A stretch of 64,000 bases of DNA, from contig CAWIIP010000004.1 of the NCBI GenBank assembly GCA_963836235.1, positions 384,001-448,000 of the forward strand, given 5' to 3'. The notes beneath the pieces are model-generated. The model searched no databases, was not told the origin of the DNA, and saw only the letters and a list, made by a program, of their open reading frames with translations. This DNA is from an uncultured Pseudomonadota bacterium. GTDB lineage: Bacteria; Oederibacteriota; Muellerivitia; Muellerivitales; Muellerivitaceae. The position numbers and the translations under genes were made by a program. The number at the start of each line of letters is the position of its first letter. The stretch's first letter is position 1. Below are positions 1 to 9,050 of this stretch, piece by piece.

Positions 1-1077
1 ATGCGGGGCGGGGAAAAAGTCCTCTTGTCCCTGATGGAACTGTTTCCGGGGGCGGATATTTTCACGCTGGTTTACCAGCCTGAAAAATTTGGGGATCTTT
101 TTGAGGGCCGGAAAGTCACCACTTCTTTTTTACAGCGCCTGCCTTTCGGGAAAACTCGTTACCCCTATTACCTGCCCCTTTATTGGGAACTCATGAAGGG
201 GTTCGATCTTTCTGGGTACGACCTCATCGTTTCCTCCAGTTCGGCCTGCGCCAAATGGGTTCGCAACCCGAAGAAGATCCTTCATGTTTGTTACTGTCAC
301 ACTCCCATGCGTTATATTTGGGACCTTTTTGAGGATTATTTTGGATCCCATGCTTCCGCTCCCGTGCGTTGGTCCGCCAAGGCTTTCCGCTCTTACCTGC
401 AAAAGTGTGACTTGGAATCTAATAAAGGCGTTACCCACTTCCTGGCCAATTCCACCGAGGTTCAGGGCCGGATCAAACGGATTTATGGGCGGGAATCCCA
501 AGTCATGCATCCACCCGTAGAGATTGACCGTTTCAAATTGAAAAGCGGAAAGGGGAATTATTTCCTGGTGATCTCCGCTTTGGTCCCCTATAAGCGGGTC
601 GATCTGGCGGTGAAGGTTTGCACCGAACGTAACTGGTCTTTGGTGGTGGTGGGGAAGGGGAGTGAGGAGAAGCGTTTGAGGGCTATGGCGGGCCCCACGG
701 TTTCGTTCAAAGGATGGGCTTCGGACGAGGAGATGCCTTCTTATTATGAGAACGCCAAGGCATTGCTCTTTCCGGGTAAAGAGGATTTCGGCATTGTGCC
801 CGTGGAATCCCTGGCTTCGGGCTGCCCCGTGATCGCCTTTGGGGAGGGTGGGGTTTTGGATTCGGTGACCGACGGGGAAACGGGAGTTTTTTTTAAGGAA
901 CAAACCGCGGCATCCCTGGAAGCGGCCATTGAACGGTTTGAGAAAATGAGCTTTAACCCCGAAACCTTAAGGACGAAGGCCAATCAATTTTCCAAGGCCC
1001 GTTTTTTGTTCCGGGCCCAGGTCTATTTCAGGCGCCTTTATGGGATCAATGTCCAAGAGGAGAATCTTAGTCTTTAA
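1..1077 (+). CDS. Glycosyltransferase family 4 (GT-B), probably 5'-truncated by the window edge
   Basis: GGEKV, CYCHTPMRY and C-terminal EDFGIVPVESLASGCPVIA (EX7E) motifs; the usual N-terminal beta-strand before MRGGE is missing. Confidence 0.9.
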   Translation: MRGGEKVLLSLMELFPGADIFTLVYQPEKFGDLFEGRKVTTSFLQRLPFGKTRYPYYLPLYWELMKGFDLSGYDLIVSSSSACAKWVRNPKKILHVCYCHTPMRYIWDLFEDYFGSHASAPVRWSAKAFRSYLQKCDLESNKGVTHFLANSTEVQGRIKRIYGRESQVMHPPVEIDRFKLKSGKGNYFLVISALVPYKRVDLAVKVCTERNWSLVVVGKGSEEKRLRAMAGPTVSFKGWASDEEMPSYYENAKALLFPGKEDFGIVPVESLASGCPVIAFGEGGVLDSVTDGETGVFFKEQTAASLEAAIERFEKMSFNPETLRTKANQFSKARFLFRAQVYFRRLYGINVQEENLSL

Positions 1078-1152
1078 ACTCCCGTTCCCATTTGCCCCCC
1101 CAGCGCCCAATGGTTAAACTATAACTGTTTTCCAATTCGCGGATCGGAACCC

Positions 1153-2541
1153 ATGAAAATCAGAATTCCTTCCATTTTTTCAGTTCTTAGTTTCGGACTG
1201 GATGGTTTGTTGGTTGCCGTTTCCTTCATTTCCGCCAATTGGATAAGGTTTTATTCAGGGTGGATTCCCGCGGGGCCGGTAACCCATTACAGCCATTACC
1301 GGTCTTTTATCTTATTTGTTGTCCTTATCCACTGGGTGGTTTTCAAGTATCTGGGGCTCTACCGGAAAAGACGGGGGATTTCCGGGGTGGATGAGTTGTC
1401 GAAGGTCATCCAGGGCGAATTGCTGGCGGCCATTCTTATTTCTTCCTCTACTTTCCTGATAAAGTTTTTCGCTTTTTCACGTTTGGTCATCGGAATCTCG
1501 GCGGGATTGGTCATTGTCACGGTTTGGCTGGGGCGGACCTTTTTACGTAGAATTCAGATAGTTCTTCGCCGCAGGGGTGTTGGGGTGACCCGCATTTTGG
1601 TCGTGGGGACCGGGGAAACGGCGCGGGTATTGCTCCAGAGGCTCAAAAACAACCCCGGGTTGGGCTACCGGGTGGCCGGCATTGTTTCGGAAGGAAAATC
1701 TTCGGGCGCGGTGGAAGGTTTTAAGATCGTCGGGACGCTTCCCCAATTCACTCAGCTCCTCCAAAAACACGAACCTCACGAGGTCATTTTCGCGCTTCCT
1801 TCCTCGGCCCACGGAAAGTTGCTTCCCATGCTGGTAACCCTTCAGGACACCCTGGTGAAATACAAAATCGTCTCGGACCTTTTCGGCCTCATCACTAACC
1901 CGCTCGAAAGCGATGTATTGTTGGATTTGCCTGTTTTTGAGATGAAGGAAGCCCCTTTGAGCGCTTGGCACAACCGGGCCATCAAAAGGATTTTTGATTT
2001 CATCCTGGCGCTATTGGGGATTGTTTTATTGTGCCCACTTTGGATCCTGGTGGCGATCGGGGTTAAGCTTTCATCGCCTGGACCCATTCTTTTCCATCAA
2101 AAGCGAGTGGGAAGGGACGGCAGGGTATTCCATATGCGGAAGTTTCGCTCGATGACCATAGGGTCGGAAACGGTGGCCTTTACCCAGAAAAACGACCCTC
2201 GGGTGACGCCTTTTGGTGCCTTTCTCCGCAAGACCAGCTTGGACGAATTGCCCCAGCTTTTGAATGTTTTGACGGGCCGCATGAGTTTGGTGGGGCCAAG
2301 GCCCGAAGTGCCGGGGTTGGTGGAAAAGTTTGAGAAGGAAATACCCCGTTATTTCGAGCGGCACCAGGTAAAGTCGGGGATTACGGGTTGGGCCCAGGTG
2401 AACGGCTTTCGGGGTAATACGTCCCTTCATGAACGGGTCAAGTATGACATTTATTACATCGAAAACTGGAGTTTGTTGTTAGATATAAAGATCATCCTGA
2501 GGACGGTGTTGGATATCTTGGAACATGAGCATGCGTATTAA
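1153..2541 (+). CDS. Undecaprenyl-phosphate glucose phosphotransferase (WcaJ-type priming sugar transferase)
   Basis: Four N-terminal TM segments, CoA-binding-like middle domain, [27 protein letters not shown] and [10 protein letters not shown] motifs. Confidence 0.92.
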   Translation: MKIRIPSIFSVLSFGLDGLLVAVSFISANWIRFYSGWIPAGPVTHYSHYRSFILFVVLIHWVVFKYLGLYRKRRGISGVDELSKVIQGELLAAILISSSTFLIKFFAFSRLVIGISAGLVIVTVWLGRTFLRRIQIVLRRRGVGVTRILVVGTGETARVLLQRLKNNPGLGYRVAGIVSEGKSSGAVEGFKIVGTLPQFTQLLQKHEPHEVIFALPSSAHGKLLPMLVTLQDTLVKYKIVSDLFGLITNPLESDVLLDLPVFEMKEAPLSAWHNRAIKRIFDFILALLGIVLLCPLWILVAIGVKLSSPGPILFHQKRVGRDGRVFHMRKFRSMTIGSETVAFTQKNDPRVTPFGAFLRKTSLDELPQLLNVLTGRMSLVGPRPEVPGLVEKFEKEIPRYFERHQVKSGITGWAQVNGFRGNTSLHERVKYDIYYIENWSLLLDIKIILRTVLDILEHEHAY

Positions 2542-2635
2542 AGGCGTTGATGGTGAATTTGACAGTTTGGTTCGAGTCCAATCCGGGGAGTCATTTGGAA
2601 AATTTTCTCAAATTTTTTGATACGGGAAATGGATT

Positions 2636-3193
2636 ATGGCTGTTGTAAAAGAAACATTTGGATGGTGGAAAAGCTCTTGGGGTGCTTTTTTTATATTTAT
2701 TGTTCCGATTTTTTTGCTTGAGAACCTTTCTTCCCCCATAGTGTGGATTTCTTTTGGTTTTTTTATTGCTTTTGGCATCTTCCTTATTCGGGAAGATATT
2801 TTGAATTGGGCGAATAGAAGAAAAATTAAGATTGGGAGGAAAGGAGCAATCGTTATTATCGATGGAAAAAAGCGATTTTCGATTAATAAAAATAAAATCA
2901 ATATATTCAAAAGGAAAAACGCTTATTACTTATTTGGAAATATGTTCATCATAGAGTCTTTATTGATTTTTGTTTTAGCACTCTTCGCGGTTTTTCGCTA
3001 TTTGTCTTCAACGCAAACTACAAATGATCCTTATTTTTTATGGAAATTTAATTTGGGTTTAGTTTTAGGAATTGGTGGTTCCTCAATGTTTTGGACTCGG
3101 TTTATGTGCTTTAGAATTATTTTTGAATATAAAAATTGCCCTTTTAATATATTGATTCCAAACAAGTACTCAAAGCTATTTGATTTGAAGTGA
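2636..3193 (+). CDS. AT-rich hypothetical membrane protein (~4 TM)
   Basis: 185-aa ORF with several hydrophobic stretches; GC visibly far below the flanking genes. Confidence 0.65.
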   Translation: MAVVKETFGWWKSSWGAFFIFIVPIFLLENLSSPIVWISFGFFIAFGIFLIREDILNWANRRKIKIGRKGAIVIIDGKKRFSINKNKINIFKRKNAYYLFGNMFIIESLLIFVLALFAVFRYLSSTQTTNDPYFLWKFNLGLVLGIGGSSMFWTRFMCFRIIFEYKNCPFNILIPNKYSKLFDLK

Positions 3194-3286
3194 GTCTCAT
3201 TTCAACAATACCAACCATGTGGACTTTTAGCGAATTACTTGGAATTTAATGGTTCGCAAATCGTACGGAATGGGGAGCCGATATAA

Positions 3287-4204
3287 ATGAAAATACTTGT
3301 GACGGGTGGGGCTGGATTCATCGGTAGTCACGTGGTGGACGCTTATCTTGAGGTCGGCCACCAGGTGGTTGTTGTCGATGACTTTTCCACAGGTAAAAAA
3401 GAAAACCTGAACTCCAAAGCCAAGTTCTACCAAATGGATATCCTGGACGATAAGCTCCAGCATTTGATGCAGGATGAGGGCATTGAATTGGTCAACCACC
3501 ATGCCGCCCAGATAAAGGTGAAAGCCTCACTGGAAGACCCCTACTTCGACGTCAAAGTGAATGTTCTCGGCTCGGTCCTGCTTTTAGACCTTTGCCGTAG
3601 GGCTGGGGTAAAGAAGTTTATCTATGCCTCATCGGGCGGGGCCCAGTATGGGGAAATGGATAAAGTCCCCTTTCCTGAAACCCATCTCTCCCGGCCTTTT
3701 TCGGTTTATGGGGCCAGTAAATACTCAGTGGAAATCTACGCCGATGTTTTCGCCCAGAATTTCGGCTTGGAATTTGTCATTCTTCGCTACGCCAATGTTT
3801 ATGGCCCGCGTCAGGACGCCTTGGGCGAAGGTGGCGTGGTAGCCATCTTCACCCACTCCATGCTCCATGGCGGGGAGTTTGTAATCTTTGGCGACGGTTA
3901 TAATGTGCGGGATTATGTGTATGTGAAGGATTTAGCCAAGGCCAACTTGCTCGCAATCGACTATCCCCACAATGACGTGTTCAACATTGGAACCGGTGTT
4001 GGCACTACAACCAATGAGTTGTTCGAAACCTTAGCCAAGGCGACGGGCCATAAGCAGCCTCCCAAAAGAATTGTGGCTCGTTTAGGTGACTTGCAAAAGA
4101 GCGTTTTGGACGCATCCAAGGCGAAGAAGCTTTTGAAGTGGGAACCGAAGTATGATCTCGCGGCTGGTTTGAAGGAAACGGTGGAATACTACAAGAAGTT
4201 TTGA
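3287..4204 (+). CDS. NAD-dependent epimerase/dehydratase (UDP-glucose 4-epimerase-like)
   Basis: TGGAGFIGSH Rossmann motif, YGASK catalytic motif, LRYANVYGPRQ. Confidence 0.92.
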   Translation: MKILVTGGAGFIGSHVVDAYLEVGHQVVVVDDFSTGKKENLNSKAKFYQMDILDDKLQHLMQDEGIELVNHHAAQIKVKASLEDPYFDVKVNVLGSVLLLDLCRRAGVKKFIYASSGGAQYGEMDKVPFPETHLSRPFSVYGASKYSVEIYADVFAQNFGLEFVILRYANVYGPRQDALGEGGVVAIFTHSMLHGGEFVIFGDGYNVRDYVYVKDLAKANLLAIDYPHNDVFNIGTGVGTTTNELFETLAKATGHKQPPKRIVARLGDLQKSVLDASKAKKLLKWEPKYDLAAGLKETVEYYKKF

Positions 4205-4300
4205 GTTCTAAGTTTTAAGTGTTGAGTTGATGAAAAGTTTTGAAATTTCAAATTCAAAACTTACCGAAACTTAAAACTAAAAACTCAAAACTAAGAACTG
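4196..4300. repeat. Inverted array of tandem heptamer repeats (5 x NAGTKYT ... 5 x ARAACTN), copy 1
   Basis: Left arm aagtttt gagttct aagtttt aagtgtt gagttga (4196-4230); right arm gaaactt aaaacta aaaactc aaaacta agaactg (4266-4300). Confidence 0.85.
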
Positions 4301-4309
4301 GAAGTTAAT

Positions 4310-5350
4310 GTGAAAGCCATTATTCTCGTTGGCGGCCAGGGGACCCGTATGCGGCCCTTGACCGACCATCTGCCCAAGAACATCGTGCCCCTTTGCGGCA
4401 CTCCCTTTCTGACTTACCAGATCGAATATCTGAAAAAAGCGGGGGTTAAGGAGATTGTCTTTTCCTCGGGTTACCGTCCGGACGACATCCAAAAGGTTTA
4501 TGGGGATGGTCGAAAGCTGAAAGTCAAAATTCATTACGTCGTGGAGAAAGAACCCCTCGGCACAGCCGGGGCCATCAAGTTCGCCGAGTCCTACGTCAAA
4601 GGGTCTCCCGTGGTGGTGTTGAATGGGGATATCCTGACCGACATTCCATTGAAAAAGATGATCGCCACTCACCGCAAGAATAAGAACATCGCTACCTTGG
4701 GATTGTTCCGGGTGGAGGACCCGACCGCCTATGGCTTGGTTTTGCTGGATTCAAAAGGACAAATCACCCAATTCCTGGAAAAACCGAAGGCGGATGAGGC
4801 GGTGACCGACACCATTAACGCGGGTGTTTATGTGTTCGAGCCGGGGGTGTTCGGCTACATTCCGGAGGGGCAGAATTATTCCGCCGAGAGGGGATTGTTC
4901 CCGGGACTCTTGGCCGCCAAGGAACGTTTCGGCGGATTTGTATGGAAGGGCTATTGGCAGGATATCGGCACTCCCCGCAAATACCTGACCACGAATTGGG
5001 ATGTGTTAAAGGGCGCTTTTCCAGTTTTTGGAAAAATGAAGAAAAAACCAGGCCGTGTTTATATCGGCAAGGGCGTTAAGATCGCCAAAGGGGCCGTCGT
5101 CAAAGGGCCCGCCTATTTGGGGGATGGTTGTGTTATCGGCGAGGGGGCGAAAATACTTCCTTTGAGCGTGTTGGGGTCAAAATGCGAAGTGGGCAAAGGG
5201 GCGGTCGTTTCCAAAAGCGTTTTGTGGGACCAAACTTCCATTGGAGAGGGAGCGGAAGTGATGGAGACGGTGTTGGGGCGTCGATGCGAGGTTCAAAGCA
5301 AGGCCAGGGTGCCAGAGAATACCGTGATGGGGGATGAGACGAAACTTTGA
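4310..5350 (+). CDS. NDP-sugar pyrophosphorylase (mannose-1-phosphate guanylyltransferase-like)
   Basis: ILVGGQGTRMRPLT..LPK, EPLGTAGA, LNGDI, YWQDIGTP motifs and C-terminal hexapeptide repeats. Confidence 0.92.
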   Translation: MKAIILVGGQGTRMRPLTDHLPKNIVPLCGTPFLTYQIEYLKKAGVKEIVFSSGYRPDDIQKVYGDGRKLKVKIHYVVEKEPLGTAGAIKFAESYVKGSPVVVLNGDILTDIPLKKMIATHRKNKNIATLGLFRVEDPTAYGLVLLDSKGQITQFLEKPKADEAVTDTINAGVYVFEPGVFGYIPEGQNYSAERGLFPGLLAAKERFGGFVWKGYWQDIGTPRKYLTTNWDVLKGAFPVFGKMKKKPGRVYIGKGVKIAKGAVVKGPAYLGDGCVIGEGAKILPLSVLGSKCEVGKGAVVSKSVLWDQTSIGEGAEVMETVLGRRCEVQSKARVPENTVMGDETKL

Positions 5351-5664
5351 TGGAAAACACCGGTTATCAAAAAGCCGCCGACATGAAGGACCTAACTGAC
5401 GGTCAATCCATCGAAGTGGAAGTGGGTCCTTTGCCCCTTCTGTTGCATCGCCGGGGCGATCAAGTATTCGCCACTGGAGTCTATTGCGCCCACCAGGATG
5501 TCCGGCTCAATCCCGCCAATTGCTCCGGCGACACCATTCTTTGCACCGCCCATGGTTACCGCATGAATATCCGCACCGGAGCATGTCTTAATGAAGACGA
5601 CCTATTTCTGCCCACTTATCCGACCATAGTGGAAAAGGGTGAAGTCTGGGTGAAGTTGCATTGA
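5347..5664 (+). CDS. Rieske [2Fe-2S] ferredoxin
   Basis: CAH...CTAH Rieske ligand pattern in a 105-aa protein. Confidence 0.88.
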   Translation: MMENTGYQKAADMKDLTDGQSIEVEVGPLPLLLHRRGDQVFATGVYCAHQDVRLNPANCSGDTILCTAHGYRMNIRTGACLNEDDLFLPTYPTIVEKGEVWVKLH

Positions 5665-5708
5665 AAGGATGATAGAATCTCGCCCTATTAAACATTGAAA
5701 GGAACCCC

Positions 5709-7358
5709 GTGCCCTCCTTGAAACCCGTTAAAAGCCTTTTGAGCTTCCGTAAGTCTGGTTTACTTTTTGCCCTCCTTTCCTTCCCTGCCTCAACCCTATT
5801 GGCCGCACCCAAGGCTTTTGAACTTTACCCAGCCACCAACGACGCTACGCCGACCGCCTATACGAAGACCGCTCCCGAATACCCGGTGAAAGGCAAAGCC
5901 TGGAAATTCCCAAGGGGTTCCAAGGTGGATATTCAGGTCGACGCGTCCCAAGTCTCGAGGGCCATTACGCCCTATCAAATGGGCGGCAATATCGACTGGT
6001 GGGACGGCAAGGATTGGGCGCTCGATAAAGACCGCGTCGAGAAGGTAAAGCAAGCGGGCATTAAGTTTTGGCGTTTTCCGGGGGGAAGCAGTTCGGACAG
6101 CTACCATTGGGACGGGAACTATGGCAAGCACTTGAAGGAGCACGATGGGGGCGACGCGACCCGCATGACCGGATCGGGCATGATTTTGACGGATGATTTT
6201 ATCGACTTCTGCCGCCAAACCGGTTCCGAGGCGATCGTGACCGTTAATTACGCCGCCGCCCGTTACTCCAGCCCCCAATACGCGGCGGATATGGCCGCCC
6301 GCTGGGTGAAATACTTTAATATCGAAAAGAAATTTAAAGTGCGCTATTGGGAAGTCGGCAATGAGGTTTATGGCCCCTGGGAAGAGGGCAATAAGATGGA
6401 AGGTGTTTCCCAACTTACCGGGGAAGTTTATGGAAAAGATTTCAGGGTAATAGCGGCGGCCATGAAAAAAGCCGATCCGGATATTTATATCGGCGCGGTG
6501 GCTGTAGATATGGATGACGGTGGCGATTGGACAGGTTTTCATTGGTGGATGAAGGGTCTCTTGCCCCAGCTTCAGGGCCAAGCCGATTACCTGATCCTGC
6601 ACCAATATTTCATGTGGCCCTTCAACGGAGATGTCTATACCAACCCGAAAAACGAGATTCTTTTCGGAAACCTTCAAAAGTTGGAAAGCGCGAAGGAGTC
6701 CGAGGAGAAGATGGTCTACAATTACGCGCCGGGCGAAATCGACATTCCGGTCGCCTTGACCGAATTCAATTTGGTCAACGCTTCGCCGCCACAGAGTATC
6801 CAACTCATTAACGGCCTTTTCACGGCGGAAGTCCTGGGTGAAGCCGCGAAGACGGGATATGTAGCTACTAATTATTGGGACTTGAAAAACGGGCTGGATG
6901 GGAAACTGAAAGGGGATATGGCCCTTTTGGCGTCGGGCGATCCTTCGGTGCCGGACGCCACCCCCCGGCCTTCTTATTACTCTTTCGCTCTTTGCTCCCG
7001 CGCCTTTGGCGATCATTTGGTGTCTTCCGCGAGCTCGGACCCGCAAGTCAAAGTCTATGCCAGTAAGTTCGCCGGCGGGGAAGTGGGACTGGTTATCGTC
7101 AATGAAGACCCTAAGGCCCGAACCCTTGCTTTGGACTTAAAGGGATTCAGCTCCCAAGGCAAACTCATGGGTTGGGTTTTGACAGGGAAAGACTTGAACG
7201 GCAATCAGGTTTCCTGGAACGGCGTGGATGGACCACGAGGGGGCGGGGGACCTTTTCCGATCGACACGATTCCGGCCTACAAACTGAAATTCAATCCGAA
7301 GAAGCCGGTTCAATTGAGCATACCAGCCGCATCGGCAACCGGTGTTGTTCTTTATTGA
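5709..7358 (+). CDS. Secreted clan-A glycoside hydrolase (GH51/GH44/GH79-like), paralog 1
   Basis: Signal peptide; RFPGGS.SD.YHW, YWEVGNE (acid/base) and LTEFN (nucleophile) motifs. Confidence 0.8.
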   Translation: MPSLKPVKSLLSFRKSGLLFALLSFPASTLLAAPKAFELYPATNDATPTAYTKTAPEYPVKGKAWKFPRGSKVDIQVDASQVSRAITPYQMGGNIDWWDGKDWALDKDRVEKVKQAGIKFWRFPGGSSSDSYHWDGNYGKHLKEHDGGDATRMTGSGMILTDDFIDFCRQTGSEAIVTVNYAAARYSSPQYAADMAARWVKYFNIEKKFKVRYWEVGNEVYGPWEEGNKMEGVSQLTGEVYGKDFRVIAAAMKKADPDIYIGAVAVDMDDGGDWTGFHWWMKGLLPQLQGQADYLILHQYFMWPFNGDVYTNPKNEILFGNLQKLESAKESEEKMVYNYAPGEIDIPVALTEFNLVNASPPQSIQLINGLFTAEVLGEAAKTGYVATNYWDLKNGLDGKLKGDMALLASGDPSVPDATPRPSYYSFALCSRAFGDHLVSSASSDPQVKVYASKFAGGEVGLVIVNEDPKARTLALDLKGFSSQGKLMGWVLTGKDLNGNQVSWNGVDGPRGGGGPFPIDTIPAYKLKFNPKKPVQLSIPAASATGVVLY

Positions 7359-7422
7359 TTCTCGAACATCCTTTTAAAGACCTTAACGTTTCTAATCGTC
7401 ATTCCGTTAGAAAGGGATCGTC

Positions 7423-9036
7423 ATGTTATTGCCATTGATTCTTCTGCTGTTTTTGGTTTGTCCATGGGTTCAAGCCGCCGGTCCTAAGGTTTTCGAACTC
7501 TGGCCTGCCACCAATGACGCGGCCCCGACTACCTTTTCCAAGGCCGCGCCCCCTTTTCAGCCTATCGGAAAGCAGTGGAAATTCACCTATGGTTCTAAGG
7601 GTTCAGAAATACAGGTGAAAATCGACGCGACCCAGGTGCTTCACAACGTGACCCCGTACCAGTTCGGCAGCAATGCGGCCTGGTGGGATGGCAAAGCCTG
7701 GATTCTAGACCCGGACCGCGTTGAGAAGGCAAAGGAAGCGGGCATCCGGTTCTGGCGTTGGCCCGGCGGAAGCGCGTCCGATATATACCATTGGGACAAC
7801 AAGTATGACCGTCCCCCGAAGGACCAAAGCGACCCGGGACACATGAACGGGGCTTGGGCTGTTTCCAGCGATGATTTTATCGAGTTTTGCCGCCAAACCG
7901 GTTCCGAAGCTATCGTGACGGTCAATTACGCTTCGGCACGCTACGCTGACGTGCAGTACGCGGCGGACATGGCCGCCCGCTGGGTCCAGCATTTCAACAT
8001 CGACAAGAAGTTCAAGGTGCGTTACTGGGAAATCGGCAATGAAGTCTATGGTCCTTGGGAAGAGGGAAATAAAATGGACGGTAAACCCCAGCTCACGGGG
8101 GATGCTTACGGCAAGGATTTTCAAGTGATCGCAACTGCCATGCGGAAAGTCGACCCGGATATCTGCATCGGGGCGGTGGCGGTGGATACGGACAGTGGTG
8201 ACGATTGGACGGGCTATCACTGGTGGATGAGGGATTTGCTCCCCCAACTCCAAGGAAAAGCTGATTACCTTATTTTGCACCAGTATTTCATGTGGCCTTT
8301 CACGGGCGATACTTATACCAATCCCGGAAACGACATTCTTTTCGGAAACCTTCATAAAGTCTCCGATGCCTACACGGCGGAAGGGGCGATGATCGATAAA
8401 TACGCGGCCGGAGAAAAAGGCATTCCGACGGCTTTGACCGAATTTAACCTTATGAATGCCTCACCGAAACCCACCATTGAGCTCATTAACGGCTTGTTTA
8501 CGGCAGAAGTGCTGGGCGAGCAAATCAAAGCGGGTTACGTGGCTTCCAATTACTGGGATTTGAAAAACGGTTTGGATAAAAAGCTTGGAGGGGACATGGC
8601 CCTTTTGGCCTCCGACGATCCTTCGGAAGCCGATGGGACTCCGCATCCTTCCTATTACACCTATGCCCTCTATTCCCGTGCTTTCGGCGATAGGATGATC
8701 ACCTCGGATAGTTCCGACCCGAGCGTGAAGGTTTATGCCAGCCGGTTCGCTGGCGGGGAAGTGGGACTTGTTATCGTGAATGAGAACGAGAAAAACAGGA
8801 CTCTCGCCTTTAATTTCAGCGGGTTCACCCCACAAGGCAAGCTCATGGGTTGGGTTTTGTCGGGCGCGGACATGAATGAAACCCAAGTTTCCTGGAACGG
8901 GGAAGCGGGGCCTCTGGGTGGAGGTGGCCCATTTCCTATCAATACGATTCCTCCCTATCGGGGGGCATTCAAAACTGACAAGCCCCTTCAATTACCCATT
9001 CAAGCCCGTTCAGTAACGGGCATTATTTTTTATTAG
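7423..9036 (+). CDS. Secreted clan-A glycoside hydrolase (GH51/GH44/GH79-like), paralog 2
   Basis: Signal peptide; RWPGGS, YWEIGNE, LTEFN; colinear with the upstream gene over nearly its whole length. Confidence 0.8.
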   Translation: MLLPLILLLFLVCPWVQAAGPKVFELWPATNDAAPTTFSKAAPPFQPIGKQWKFTYGSKGSEIQVKIDATQVLHNVTPYQFGSNAAWWDGKAWILDPDRVEKAKEAGIRFWRWPGGSASDIYHWDNKYDRPPKDQSDPGHMNGAWAVSSDDFIEFCRQTGSEAIVTVNYASARYADVQYAADMAARWVQHFNIDKKFKVRYWEIGNEVYGPWEEGNKMDGKPQLTGDAYGKDFQVIATAMRKVDPDICIGAVAVDTDSGDDWTGYHWWMRDLLPQLQGKADYLILHQYFMWPFTGDTYTNPGNDILFGNLHKVSDAYTAEGAMIDKYAAGEKGIPTALTEFNLMNASPKPTIELINGLFTAEVLGEQIKAGYVASNYWDLKNGLDKKLGGDMALLASDDPSEADGTPHPSYYTYALYSRAFGDRMITSDSSDPSVKVYASRFAGGEVGLVIVNENEKNRTLAFNFSGFTPQGKLMGWVLSGADMNETQVSWNGEAGPLGGGGPFPINTIPPYRGAFKTDKPLQLPIQARSVTGIIFY

Positions 9037-9050
9037 TCCGGAGGAGTATT

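Noticed and set aside
2540-2593. Intact tRNA gene
   Set aside because: Only a T-arm/acceptor-like 3' part is present; no D-arm, anticodon arm or matching 5' acceptor strand.
4196-4300. Heptamer arrays as CRISPR
   Set aside because: Units are 7 bp, tandem with no spacers, and no cas genes are present.
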